A stretch of 64,000 nucleotides of DNA from Tabrizicola sp. (GTDB lineage: Bacteria > Pseudomonadota > Alphaproteobacteria > Rhodobacterales > Rhodobacteraceae). This document shows, piece after piece, positions 1 to 8,709 of this stretch (within the stretch, counting starts at the first letter, position 1; every line of letters begins with the position of its first letter). The stretch spans positions 11,338-75,337 of the forward strand of contig NZ_JAEULP010000049.1 in the NCBI RefSeq assembly GCF_016792905.1, given 5' to 3'. Position numbers and translations under genes: made by a program. The notes below the pieces were generated by a model, which saw only the letters and a list, made by a program, of their open reading frames with translations, searched no databases and was not told the origin of the DNA.

Positions 1-2042
1 TCACCCGTTGCATCAGGCGCCATCGAATCGGCCACCTTGAGCCAAGGCTCGGGCAGCGCGGGATCGAGCCCTGCCCAATCGCCCGTCCAGGGGCTCACCC
101 GGGCCAGCGCCTCGGGATCGTTCGCCGCGGCGAGGGCCAGCTCGGCCGCAGAAAGATCGCCGAGTTTGAGCCAGGCATCTGCCCGCAGCACCTCGGCCCC
201 GGTATCATGCAGCCCGTCGATCAGGGCAATTGCGCTGCGGGCAGCGCCTTGCGCAAGCGCGCCCCGGGCCGCAAGCAGGCGCTTGTCGGCCGGATCGCCC
301 GGAGCGACCGGACCGATCCATGCCTGTGCCGCGTCGGGAAACCCCAAAGCCAGCAGCCGCTCGGCAATGCCAACGCCTACTTCGGGCGCAACGGCCGGGA
401 CAGGCTGTGCAGCGGCGACCACCGCGTGCTGCAGGAACTGATCGTCGGTGGCACGGTCCTGTGCGACCCGCCAGAGATCGGCCAGAACCTGCCCGGTCGC
501 GCCCTGCTGCCGGAAGGCAGCGTCGACCTGGCCAGAGAGCGCCATCGCCAGCACGATAGCCCGGTCCACTGCCGCCCGCGTATCACCCCCGGTTTCGCCT
601 TGCAGCGCAAGAAGCGCCTCCGCTGTCTCCGGACCGAGCGGGTCCAGCGTGCGGAAATGCGCGTCGACCAGCGTGACCAGGCTTCCGGCATCGTCGCCTG
701 CAAGGGCTACCGCGGTTTCGGCATGGGCTTGCGCGGCGCTCGCGTCGCCTTCGTGAAGATCGGCCTTCGCGTCCAGGAGGGCGACCGAGGCCTTGTCTAT
801 GTCCGGTGCGCGTTCCATCGCATCGCGGATGATCCGGGCTGCCTCGGCGTCATCCCGCGCGAGGAATTTCCCGGCCAGGGCGGGGCCGAGATGGTGTCGC
901 AGATGGGACGGAAGTGCCACGAAGCCCTGCAGGATCGCGTCACGGTTCACGCCCGGTCCGGCAGGAAGCCGATCACGCGCCAGCGCCGCCCAGAGCGACG
1001 CCGGGCCCTCGCAGTCCAGCATAGCGGCGAACGGGGTCTGCGGATCGCTTTCGCCGTCGATGATCCGAGCCATCGACCGGTACAGGCCAAGCGTGGCATC
1101 CGGCGTTTCAGGGCTGGCCAGGTTGGCGGTCTGTCCGGCCTCGGCGCCGAAACCGAGAAAAAGCAGCAGGCGGGTTGCATGCTGGATCGCGTCCGGGTCC
1201 GGTGCATCGAACTCGCCGTAGAGGCCGGAGTGGGCTTCGGTCAACAGGTCCTGTGGCGGCGTTGCCCCGCCCCAGGCGGGCAGGTCGAGAAGGGCCGGAT
1301 CGGCGCAGCCGCTGTCCGGCGCGGCGGCCGTCGCGGACCCGGCAGGGCTGGTGACGGCAATTCCAGGCGTTTCACCAAGATGGACATTTGACCAGGGCAG
1401 CACTCCCTGATCGAGATCGCTGGTCTTTCGCGTCTTGCCGGGCAGTTCCATGTCGACGGCGCCATCCGCTGCCCCGCGCGCAAGCTGTTCAAGCAGTTCC
1501 TGGCGCAGCGGTTCAAGCGACACGCTTCCCGTCGGCAGGGGAAATGGCAGCGGCGGCGTCGCCTCTTCAACCTCTCCGCGGCCGGTGGCGAGCCAGTCGT
1601 AGCCTTGCGGAGTCCTGCCGGTGCCGACCATCCCGGGTGGCGCCCCAGGTGCGGCAAACGCCGTCTCGAAGGCTGACCCCGCCGGGGCCGGGCCGGGCTT
1701 GATGTCGATGACGATGACACCGGGCTGGTATTCGAACGGGAAGACATGACATTCGCAGCCGAGCACCAGCGAGAGCGCCCCGGTTCCGGGATCGACCTCC
1801 AGCGCCGAAAGCCGGATGCGCGGGATACGTTGCCAGACGGACGAAAGATCGTAGCCCGGCTGGGTTTCCGCCTTTGCCGCAAAACCATACCCCGCTGCCG
1901 TGCGGCCCAGGGTCCAGCCTCCGGCCTCCGGCAGTTCGATGACCAGGCGGGTAAAGTCGCCATGCTCGCCAGAGAGAACGCGTGCCGTGTCGGCCGATGC
2001 AGGCAGGGCCAGGGACAGAAGCAACAGGACCGCGCGGATCAT
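1..2042 (-). CDS. Partial CDS whose C-terminus runs off the left edge. Secreted Ala-rich protein with an AMIN-like N-domain followed by helical repeats; associated with the flagellar cluster.
   Basis: My own translation of the minus frame. It is absent from the ORF track because it has no in-window stop. The ATG at 2042 overlaps the motA stop as ATGA. It begins MIRAVLLLLSLALPASA/DTARVLSGEHGDFTRLVIELP. The frame stays open for about 680 codons, and every listed minus ORF here lies in the other two frames. Confidence 0.6.
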   Translation of the reverse strand, partial: MIRAVLLLLSLALPASADTARVLSGEHGDFTRLVIELPEAGGWTLGRTAAGYGFAAKAETQPGYDLSSVWQRIPRIRLSALEVDPGTGALSLVLGCECHVFPFEYQPGVIVIDIKPGPAPAGSAFETAFAAPGAPPGMVGTGRTPQGYDWLATGRGEVEEATPPLPFPLPTGSVSLEPLRQELLEQLARGAADGAVDMELPGKTRKTSDLDQGVLPWSNVHLGETPGIAVTSPAGSATAAAPDSGCADPALLDLPAWGGATPPQDLLTEAHSGLYGEFDAPDPDAIQHATRLLLFLGFGAEAGQTANLASPETPDATLGLYRSMARIIDGESDPQTPFAAMLDCEGPASLWAALARDRLPAGPGVNRDAILQGFVALPSHLRHHLGPALAGKFLARDDAEAARIIRDAMERAPDIDKASVALLDAKADLHEGDASAAQAHAETAVALAGDDAGSLVTLVDAHFRTLDPLGPETAEALLALQGETGGDTRAAVDRAIVLAMALSGQVDAAFRQQGATGQVLADLWRVAQDRATDDQFLQHAVVAAAQPVPAVAPEVGVGIAERLLALGFPDAAQAWIGPVAPGDPADKRLLAARGALAQGAARSAIALIDGLHDTGAEVLRADAWLKLGDLSAAELALAAANDPEALARVSPWTGDWAGLDPALPEPWLKVADSMAPDATG

Positions 2043-2908
2043 GCGGCTTCCTGCTTCAGGTTGCGCATCGCCTCTTCCAGATCGCCAAAGCCGGGGCGCA
2101 GATGGTGTGGCGTGTTCTGGCGACCGACCTCGATGCAGATGTTGGCCGGATGGCGGTGCAGGTTTGCGATCAGCACTTCGCGGATCAGTTGATAGAAATG
2201 GATGTCTTCCTCGATCACGGTCTTCACCCGTGCCGCGAAGGGACCCATCAGGCCATAGGCCAGGAACACGCCAAGGAAGGTTCCGACCAGCGCGCCGCCG
2301 ATCATCTTGCCCAGCACTTCCGGTGGCTGGTCGATCGAGCCCATGGTCTTGATCACGCCCAGGACCGCCGCGACGATCCCGAGCGCGGGCAGACCGTCAG
2401 CCACGGTCTGCAGCGCGTGGCTTGAATGCATCGCATGGCTCAGCGTGGCGTCCATTCGCTTGTCCAGCACTTCTTCCACCTGATGCGGGTCGTCGTAGTT
2501 CATCGACGCGGCGCGCAACGTGTCGCAGATCAGCTCCATCGCCTCGTGGTCGTGCTGGATGCGGGGATATTTGCCGATGATCGCCGAGCTTTCCGGGGAT
2601 TCGACGTGTTCCTCCAGCGCGACGGGGTTGGCGCGGGCAAGGCGGATCAGTTCGAACAGCAGGCACAGGAGGTCGCGGTAGTCGCCAGGCTTCCATTTCG
2701 GGCCCTTGAAGACCTTGCCGATGTCCTTGAGCGTGTGCTTCACGGCGGAAATGTCATTCGAGATGAGGAATGCGCCGATGGCGGCGCCGCCGATCATGAT
2801 CATCTCGAAGGGCAGGGATTTGAGGATGATCCCCATCTTGCCGCCGGCAAGCACATAGCCGCCAAAGACCATGATGAGGATGACGGCGATGCCGACGAGG
2901 CCGAGCAT
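2039..2908 (-). CDS. motA: Flagellar motor stator protein MotA
   Basis: 289 aa from the MotA/TolQ/ExbB family. It has an N-terminal TM pair and a C-terminal TM pair (GLPALGIVAAVLGVIKTMG, GGALVGTFLGVFLAYG) and sits in flagellar context. Confidence 0.9.
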   Translation of the reverse strand: MLGLVGIAVILIMVFGGYVLAGGKMGIILKSLPFEMIMIGGAAIGAFLISNDISAVKHTLKDIGKVFKGPKWKPGDYRDLLCLLFELIRLARANPVALEEHVESPESSAIIGKYPRIQHDHEAMELICDTLRAASMNYDDPHQVEEVLDKRMDATLSHAMHSSHALQTVADGLPALGIVAAVLGVIKTMGSIDQPPEVLGKMIGGALVGTFLGVFLAYGLMGPFAARVKTVIEEDIHFYQLIREVLIANLHRHPANICIEVGRQNTPHHLRPGFGDLEEAMRNLKQEAA

Positions 2909-2991
2909 TTTGGCGTCCTGTTTCGCTTCTGGTGATGGAAGTATCCGCGCGCCGGGTTAAGACTCTCTGACCGGGCGCGCGAACGGGCGGC

Positions 2992-3555
2992 CTAGTCCTT
3001 CGGCGCCCCGGCATTTCGGCCTGCGACGATCACACTGACACCGTACGCAGCCTCCGAGGACATGCCCGACAGGATCGCCGCCGCCGATTCGGGGGGCATC
3101 CGGCCAAGGAAACCGGCGGCAAATTCGGGCGACATGGTTTCGAACAATGCGGCGGCGTCCTTCGGTTTCATCGCCTGGTAGACCGCTGTCAGCTTCTCGA
3201 CGTCGGCCTCGGCCGCGCCGTCAGCCAGGGCGAGCGTCGCCTTCAACTCGTCCTCCACCGCCTTCAGTTCCTCCATCCGCTTGGTGATCGCGGCATCGGC
3301 CAGGGCAAGTGCGGCCAGTCGATCCTTCAGCGAGGCCTCCTGCACCGCGACCCGGTCCTCGCGCAGGGTCAGCGCCTCGGCCAGCGCGCCTGGCATCTCG
3401 CAACTCGCAGGAGCGGCCGCTTCGCCGGGTGTGTCCTCCTCCCCGGCCTTGGCCAGCGCGGCGCCGATCCCTGATCCAAGCCGCAGCGCGCCGGACATGG
3501 CGAACAGCATCGCCACGACGAACAGGGCGCCCCGGCCAGCACGACGGCGGCTCAT
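2992..3555 (-). CDS. MotE/FlbB-like flagellar motility protein (MgtE_N-like helical domain)
   Basis: 187 aa with an N-terminal signal or anchor, a coiled-coil, and a C-terminal KPKDAAALFETMSPEFAAGFLGRMPPESAAAILSGM repeat typical of MotE-like proteins. Its ATG overlaps the upstream stop as ATGA. Confidence 0.6.
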   Translation of the reverse strand: MSRRRAGRGALFVVAMLFAMSGALRLGSGIGAALAKAGEEDTPGEAAAPASCEMPGALAEALTLREDRVAVQEASLKDRLAALALADAAITKRMEELKAVEDELKATLALADGAAEADVEKLTAVYQAMKPKDAAALFETMSPEFAAGFLGRMPPESAAAILSGMSSEAAYGVSVIVAGRNAGAPKD

Positions 3556-3941
3556 TCGGCGGCCTCCAGCGTGTCGCGCGGGGCGCGGCGGCGCACGAAT
3601 CGCAGGCGGCGGTCCTCGGCGACGGGCTCGTCCTCTACGGGTCGCGGGGCCGCAGGATCGGGCAGATCGTGCAGCGAGGCGACCAGCAGTTCCAGTTTCC
3701 GTGCCACGGCCTCACCCCGCGCCGTCAGCACCTCCAGGCTTTCGGCCGAGCCGTTCGCGGCGCCCCGCGCCTTGTCCAGCGCGACCGTCATGTCGTCGAC
3801 CTGCGCCGACAGGACGGCAATCGCCCCGCCCATCCCGGTTTCCAGTGTGGTGAAGCGCTTCAGCCGGGTGGAGAGAACATAGCAATACGTGGCAGCCCCG
3901 AACGAGCCCGCCATCAGAAGGATATCGGAGATCAGCTCCAT
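3552..3941 (-). CDS. Flagellar-cluster hypothetical protein with an N-terminal TM helix and a coiled-coil
   Basis: 129 aa beginning MELISDILLMAGSFGAATYCYVL. It sits between fliL and the motE-like gene and is translationally coupled to the downstream gene. Confidence 0.55.
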   Translation of the reverse strand: MELISDILLMAGSFGAATYCYVLSTRLKRFTTLETGMGGAIAVLSAQVDDMTVALDKARGAANGSAESLEVLTARGEAVARKLELLVASLHDLPDPAAPRPVEDEPVAEDRRLRFVRRRAPRDTLEAAE

Positions 3942-3950
3942 GGGTCAGCC

Positions 3951-4433
3951 TCAGTTCAATACGAATTCGGTGATCAGCAGATCGCGCACCCGGCCCTCGC
4001 CGACGACGATCTGGATGCGCCGCAACATCTGCGCCCGCAGTCTTGCCATGGCGTGCGGGTCTTCTATCGAGGCGGTGTCGATCGCGCGCAGGTAGCTGTT
4101 GATCACGTCCAGGATGCGCGGTGTCAGAGTGGTCACGTCCGATGCCGCCGTATCGACCACTTCCAGCTGCGCGGTGAATCGCAGGTGCTCGCTGCCCGAA
4201 TCGGGTCCGAGCGAAATGACGATGGTTTCCAGCGGCACGAAGGCGATGCCCATCAGCGGGCCAGGACCGTGTTCGGCCTCCGCGCCGTCCTCTCCGCCCG
4301 CGAAGAGTAGACCGGAATAGGTGGCGTAGAAGCCGCCGCCGCCGAGTATCAGAGCCAGGACAAGCCCGAAAAGAAGCGGCTTCTTCGACCGCTTCTTCGG
4401 AACATCTTCCAGAATGGCTTCTGCCGTTGCCAT
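3951..4433 (-). CDS. fliL: Flagellar basal-body-associated protein FliL
   Basis: Has the FliL architecture: one TM helix (LLFGLVLALILGGGGF) followed by a periplasmic domain (LRFTAQLEV...INSYLR). I trimmed the start to the ATG at 4433, which has a GGAGAGG RBS; the track ORF extends to 4475. Confidence 0.8.
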   Translation of the reverse strand: MATAEAILEDVPKKRSKKPLLFGLVLALILGGGGFYATYSGLLFAGGEDGAEAEHGPGPLMGIAFVPLETIVISLGPDSGSEHLRFTAQLEVVDTAASDVTTLTPRILDVINSYLRAIDTASIEDPHAMARLRAQMLRRIQIVVGEGRVRDLLITEFVLN

Positions 4434-4481
4434 GTTCCTCTCCACCCGCTTCGGACGAGAACGAACATAGTCCAAAGGTCA

Positions 4482-4497
4482 CTAACCGATTGTTAAG
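4482..4497. promoter_or_regulatory. Imperfect CtrA-type box (CTAA-N7-TTAAG versus the TTAA-N7-TTAAC consensus) in the fliL/fliF divergent region
   Basis: The sequence ctaaccgattgttaag is read directly from the window. The assignment rests only on consensus similarity. Confidence 0.3.
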
Positions 4498-4559
4498 GCG
4501 AACCGATGAAATCTGGCGACACGGCAGAACGCCGGTGCCGGAGAATCGTCTTGCAAAAC

Positions 4560-6149
4560 ATGATCGCCGTCTGGACCTCGCTTGACCTTCGGCGCCGCAT
4601 CATCATCGTCGGCGCCACGCTGGCGATGTTCGCCGCCATCCTCGGCCTCAGCCGCATGGCCGGTCAGGCGGAGATGGGACTTCTCTACGCCGGGCTGGAA
4701 CCGGCGGCTGCCGGTGAGGTGATTGCGGCGCTCGACCAGCGTGGCGTGACTTACGAGATCAGCGGCGATTCGATTCTTGTCGATGTGACGCAGCGCGACG
4801 CCTTGCGCATGGCGCTGGCTTCCGAGGGACTGCCTGCGGCGGGCGGCGGCGGCTATGAACTCCTCGATTCGCTCTCGGGCTTCGGCACGACCTCGCAGAT
4901 GTTCGATGCAGCCTACTGGCGCGCGAAGGAAGGCGAGATCGCCCGCACGCTTCTGGCGATGCCCGAGGTGAAGGCTGCCCGCGTTCACATTGCAAGTGCG
5001 CCGACCCGGGCTTTCCAGCCGGAAGCCAAGCCCACCGCGTCGGTCACGCTGACCACGGTTTCGGGTTCGCTTAGCGAGGCGCAGGCCCGGGCGATCCGGC
5101 ATCTGGTGGCGAGCGCGGTTGCCGGAATGACGCCGGATGGGGTGCAGATCATCGACACGGTCGCCGGTCTGATCGGCGGTGAGGACGGGCAGGCCTTCGA
5201 TACAGGCGATGCCGAGGACCGGGCAGCCGCAATCAAGGGCAGCGTGGAGCGCCTTCTGGCCGCGCGTGTGGGTGCCGGGAAAGCGGTGGTTGAGGTTTCC
5301 ATCGACCTCGTTTCGGAACGCGAGGCGATCACCGAGCGCAAGTTCGACCCGCAGGGCCGGGTGGCGATTTCGTCCGAAACCGAGGAGCGCAGCGGGTCCA
5401 GCACCGAACCCGGCGGCGAGGTGACAGTGGCCTCCAACCTGCCCGAGGGCGATGCCGCGGCAGGCGGGCAGGGCAAGAGCCAGACTGCCGAGACAAAGGA
5501 GCGGGTGAACTACGAGGTGTCGGAAACCCAGCGCGAGATCCTGCGCAATCCGGGGTCTGTACGGCGGATGACCGTGGCGGTGATGGTCGACGGTGTGGTG
5601 ACGACCGCCGCCGACGGCACCCGGACTTGGGCCGCGCGCCCCGAGGAAGAGCTTGCCACCCTGCGCGAACTGGTTGCCTCGGCTGTCGGGCTGGACGAAG
5701 ATCGCGGCGATGTGCTGACGCTGAAGTCGCTGGAATTCCAGGAGCTTTCGGCCCCGCTAGGCACCGAGGCGACCGCAGGCCTCCTGCCGCAGATCGGACG
5801 GATCGACCTGATGACGATGATCCAGACCGCTGTGCTCGCGCTTGTCGCGCTGGTGCTTGGCCTGTTCGTGATCCGCCCCGTGCTGACCTCGGCGAACCGT
5901 GCGGCGCTCGCCGCCCCGGACGTGCCGTTGGCCCTGCCGCCCGCGACGCTCTCCAGAACCGTGGCGCTGAACGGCGAACTGGAGGACGGCTTCGACTACG
6001 GCGCCTTCGCCAGCACGCGCGGCGAGCAGGTCGAGGGCGAGGCGACCGAGGAAGACCCGGCTGCCCGGCTGCGCCGCCTGATCGAGCAGCGCCAGACCGA
6101 GTCCATCGAGATTCTGCGCGGCTGGATGGAAGAGGAGGAGCACGCCTGA
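4560..6149 (+). CDS. fliF: Flagellar M-ring protein FliF
   Basis: MIAVWTSLDLRRRIIIVGATLAMFAAILG is the typical FliF N-terminus with its TM helix. A second TM helix lies near the C-terminus (LMTMIQTAVLALVALVLGLFVI). The start could instead be TTG 4551 or ATG 4506. Confidence 0.9.
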   Translation: MIAVWTSLDLRRRIIIVGATLAMFAAILGLSRMAGQAEMGLLYAGLEPAAAGEVIAALDQRGVTYEISGDSILVDVTQRDALRMALASEGLPAAGGGGYELLDSLSGFGTTSQMFDAAYWRAKEGEIARTLLAMPEVKAARVHIASAPTRAFQPEAKPTASVTLTTVSGSLSEAQARAIRHLVASAVAGMTPDGVQIIDTVAGLIGGEDGQAFDTGDAEDRAAAIKGSVERLLAARVGAGKAVVEVSIDLVSEREAITERKFDPQGRVAISSETEERSGSSTEPGGEVTVASNLPEGDAAAGGQGKSQTAETKERVNYEVSETQREILRNPGSVRRMTVAVMVDGVVTTAADGTRTWAARPEEELATLRELVASAVGLDEDRGDVLTLKSLEFQELSAPLGTEATAGLLPQIGRIDLMTMIQTAVLALVALVLGLFVIRPVLTSANRAALAAPDVPLALPPATLSRTVALNGELEDGFDYGAFASTRGEQVEGEATEEDPAARLRRLIEQRQTESIEILRGWMEEEEHA

Positions 6150-6730
6150 TGCCTGCCCTGCGTCTTGAAGTGTTCGATACCGCCTATGCCGCCGACGGCT
6201 TGATGCAACCGCTGGTCGAGGCGACGGCCGTCGAGGAGGCCAAGGTTGCCTCTTTCGAGCAGGGCTATTCCGCCGGTTGGGACGATGCCGTGGCAGCCCA
6301 GCAGGGCGACCAGACCCGCATCCGGGCCGATCTGGCGCGAAACCTGCAAAGCCTGTCCTTCACCTTCCAGGACGCGCGCAGCCATGTGCTGCAAGCCATC
6401 CGTCCGCTGATCCTGCAGATCGTCAACCGTCTCCTCCCCGAAGTCGCGCGCGAGGCCCTGGCGCCGACCGTGCTGGAGGCGGTGATGCCTCTTGCCGAAG
6501 GGTTGGCCGACGCCCCGCTGACGCTGGTCCTGAACCCCGCCGTCCGTTCGCAAGTCGAGGATCTGCTGGCCCAGGCGACCGGCCTGCCGATGGTGATCGA
6601 CGAAGAACCGTCAATGCCCGAGGGTCAGGTCTACATCCGCTTCGGAGCCGCCGAGAGCAAGGTCGACCTCGCCCAGGTGACGACCGACATAGCCATCGCC
6701 GTCCGGGCCTTCTTCAACCTCAACAGCTGA
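6149..6730 (+). CDS. FliH-like flagellar export/assembly protein (called from position and composition)
   Basis: 193 codons. Its ATG overlaps the fliF TGA by 1 nt, and it lies between fliF and fliN as in alpha-type clusters. The track ORF 5627..6730 is an over-extension into fliF. Confidence 0.5.
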   Translation: MPALRLEVFDTAYAADGLMQPLVEATAVEEAKVASFEQGYSAGWDDAVAAQQGDQTRIRADLARNLQSLSFTFQDARSHVLQAIRPLILQIVNRLLPEVAREALAPTVLEAVMPLAEGLADAPLTLVLNPAVRSQVEDLLAQATGLPMVIDEEPSMPEGQVYIRFGAAESKVDLAQVTTDIAIAVRAFFNLNS

Positions 6731-6739
6731 GACAGTTCC

Positions 6740-7009
6740 ATGGAAGACATTACCGACACCAACCCCTTCAGCCAGGTTCCGATCGAGGTCACGATCTCGG
6801 TCGGTCGTGCGCGGCCCCTGGTGCGTGACCTTCTGCGGCTGTCGAAGGACGCCGTGTTGCAGCTCGACCGTCGGGTGGACGATCCGGTCGAGCTGTATGT
6901 CGGCGACCGGCTGATCGCGCGGGGGGAGTTGACCGAGCTGGAGGGCGACAATGCTGGGCAATTGGCCGTGCGGCTGACCGAGGTCGCCAATCTGCGGGGC
7001 GGGTTGTGA
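6740..7009 (+). CDS. fliN: Flagellar motor switch protein FliN
   Basis: 89 aa with a SpoA/FliN domain (VPIEVTISVGRARPLVRDLLRLSKDAVLQLDRRVDDPVELYVGDRLIARGEL). Confidence 0.9.
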   Translation: MEDITDTNPFSQVPIEVTISVGRARPLVRDLLRLSKDAVLQLDRRVDDPVELYVGDRLIARGELTELEGDNAGQLAVRLTEVANLRGGL

Positions 7010-7731
7010 GGCTTGGCCTTGCCCTTGCGATCGCGCTGACGCTGCTGGCCGGACCGGCGCTGGCGCAGCAGATGTCGATCGACTTCGGCGGCGGGGCGGG
7101 GGAGTCGCTGTCGCTGCGGTCGGTGCAACTCTTGCTGCTGGTCACGGTCCTCTCCATCGTGCCGGGGCTGGCGGTGATGGTCACCTGCTTTCCCTTCATC
7201 GTCACGGTGCTGTCTATCCTGCGGCAGGCCATCGGGTTGCAGCAGGCGCCGCCCAACATGCTGATCATCTCGCTGTCGCTGTTCCTGACCTGGTTCGTGA
7301 TGGATCCGGTGTTTACCGAAGCCTGGGTCAAGGGCATCGAGCCGATGACGAACGGGACGCTGGAGGTCGGTCCGGGATTGCAGGCGGCGATCGCGCCCTT
7401 CCGGGTGTTCATGGCCGGGCGGGTCGATCCGGAGACGCTGCAGACCTTGCAGGACCTCCGTTCCACCGCCGCCGTCACCCCCGCCGATGCCCCGCTTTCG
7501 CTGCTTGTCCCGTCCTTCCTTCTGTCGGAGATCCAGCGGGCCTTCGAGATCGGGTTCATGATCTACCTGCCCTTCCTGATCATCGACCTGGTGGTCGCGG
7601 CGATCCTGATGTCGATGGGGATGATGATGGTGCCGCCCGCGGTCGTCTCGCTGCCGTTCAAGCTGATCTTCTTCGTGGTGGCCGACGGCTGGGCGCTGGT
7701 TTCGGGGGCACTGGTGAGGAGCTACTTCTGA
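7006..7731 (+). CDS. fliP: Flagellar type III export apparatus protein FliP
   Basis: 241 aa with a signal peptide and conserved FliP segments (PFIVTVLSILRQAIGLQQAPPN, FMIYLPFLIIDLVVAAILMSMGMMM). Its GTG start overlaps the fliN stop. Confidence 0.9.
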   Translation: MRLGLALAIALTLLAGPALAQQMSIDFGGGAGESLSLRSVQLLLLVTVLSIVPGLAVMVTCFPFIVTVLSILRQAIGLQQAPPNMLIISLSLFLTWFVMDPVFTEAWVKGIEPMTNGTLEVGPGLQAAIAPFRVFMAGRVDPETLQTLQDLRSTAAVTPADAPLSLLVPSFLLSEIQRAFEIGFMIYLPFLIIDLVVAAILMSMGMMMVPPAVVSLPFKLIFFVVADGWALVSGALVRSYF

Positions 7732-7746
7732 CCCGATGCGCGAGAG

Positions 7747-7819
7747 TGTCCACGGTGGACAAGAATTTCAGGTCAATAATTTCAATGGGTTGTTCGCGGA
7801 TATTCAGGATTGGTTTACC
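7747..7819 (+). repeat. Copy 1 of a conserved element of about 60-75 nt. It begins with the perfect 15-bp palindrome TGTCCACGGTGGACA, followed by lower-GC sequence, and lies immediately 3' of fliP.
   Basis: Read directly. It aligns with the reverse complement of 55240..55301. The palindrome is identical in both copies, and the tail shares CAAnGGGTTGnTCGCG...TTTACC. Confidence 0.6.
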
Positions 7820-7860
7820 AGGGTGCGACGGTCGGCGCGGTGGGTTTTCCCCACCCATGC

Positions 7861-8709
7861 CTAGGGGATTTTTCCCGAGGTGATCCACCAACCGGGATGC
7901 GCAGCGGCGAGGGACCGGGCGGCGGCCTCGGCGGCAGCGGCACTGGCAAAGAGGCCGAAATGGGTGCCGCCCGAGCCGGACATGCGGGCGAGCAGACAGG
8001 CGGGCGTTGCGGCGAGGGCGGACTGCACTTCCACCAGGACCGGGGCCACTGTGCTGGCCGGGGGGATGAGGTCATTGCGGGTGTGGTTCGCCAGCCAGGC
8101 GGCGAAGCTTTCGGCGGAGGCAAGCGCGGCGGGCGGCAGGTCGGGCAAGGGCGGGTTGTCGTGCCGGGCAAGGGCGGCGAAGACCTGGGGCGTCGGGACG
8201 GGCAGGCGCGGGTTGACCAAGACGCACCAGAGGGGCGGCAGGGGCGGAAGCGAAGCCAGCACCTCGCCGATACCGGACATCCGGGCCGGGCGCCCGGCGA
8301 GACAGACGGGCACATCAGCCCCGAGGCGCAGCACGTCCTCGCTTCCGGGCAGGGGCCGCCCGGTCAGCCGTGCAAGCGCCCGCAGCGTGGCCGCCGCATC
8401 CGCCGAGCCGCCGCCGATGCCCGAAGCGACCGGCAGCAGCTTTTCCAGGATCAGCGCCGCATCCGTCACTCCCATGGTGCGGGCCGCACGCAGGACCAGA
8501 TTGTCGGGCTCGGCGGCAAGCCCCGCGCCTTCCGGCCCTGTGACAGTCAGCGAAAGCCCCTGTCCCTGGGTCGCGCTGACGCGATCCGCGACATCGGCAA
8601 AGACCACCAGACTGTCCAGAAGGTGGTAGCCGTCCGCACGGCGGCCGGTGACGTGGAGGCAGAGGTTCAGCTTGGCCGGTGCGGCTTCGCCGACCGGATC
8701 AGTTGCCAT
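7861..8709 (-). CDS. ispE: 4-diphosphocytidyl-2-C-methyl-D-erythritol kinase
   Basis: Has a GHMP kinase motif ([15 protein letters not shown]) and the N-terminal [23 protein letters not shown]. Confidence 0.9.
   Translation of the reverse strand: MATDPVGEAAPAKLNLCLHVTGRRADGYHLLDSLVVFADVADRVSATQGQGLSLTVTGPEGAGLAAEPDNLVLRAARTMGVTDAALILEKLLPVASGIGGGSADAAATLRALARLTGRPLPGSEDVLRLGADVPVCLAGRPARMSGIGEVLASLPPLPPLWCVLVNPRLPVPTPQVFAALARHDNPPLPDLPPAALASAESFAAWLANHTRNDLIPPASTVAPVLVEVQSALAATPACLLARMSGSGGTHFGLFASAAAAEAAARSLAAAHPGWWITSGKIP

Noticed and set aside
207-1391. A 394-aa plus-strand ORF, along with other listed ORFs in 37..1963
   Set aside because: Their Arg/Gly/Pro-rich composition is typical of antisense or off-frame reading in high-GC DNA. 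The real gene is the unlisted minus-frame ORF 1..2042, which is coupled to motA.
7747-7761. The palindrome TGTCCACGGTGGACA as a parS site, a DnaA-box pair or oriC, or a PpsR (TGT-N12-ACA) site
   Set aside because: It has 15 bp rather than the 16-bp TGTTNCACGTGAAACA parS consensus. Its spacing is N9, not the N12 needed for PpsR. It matches a DnaA box at only 7 of 9 positions, and there is no oriC-like gene context. I kept it as an unexplained element in the findings.
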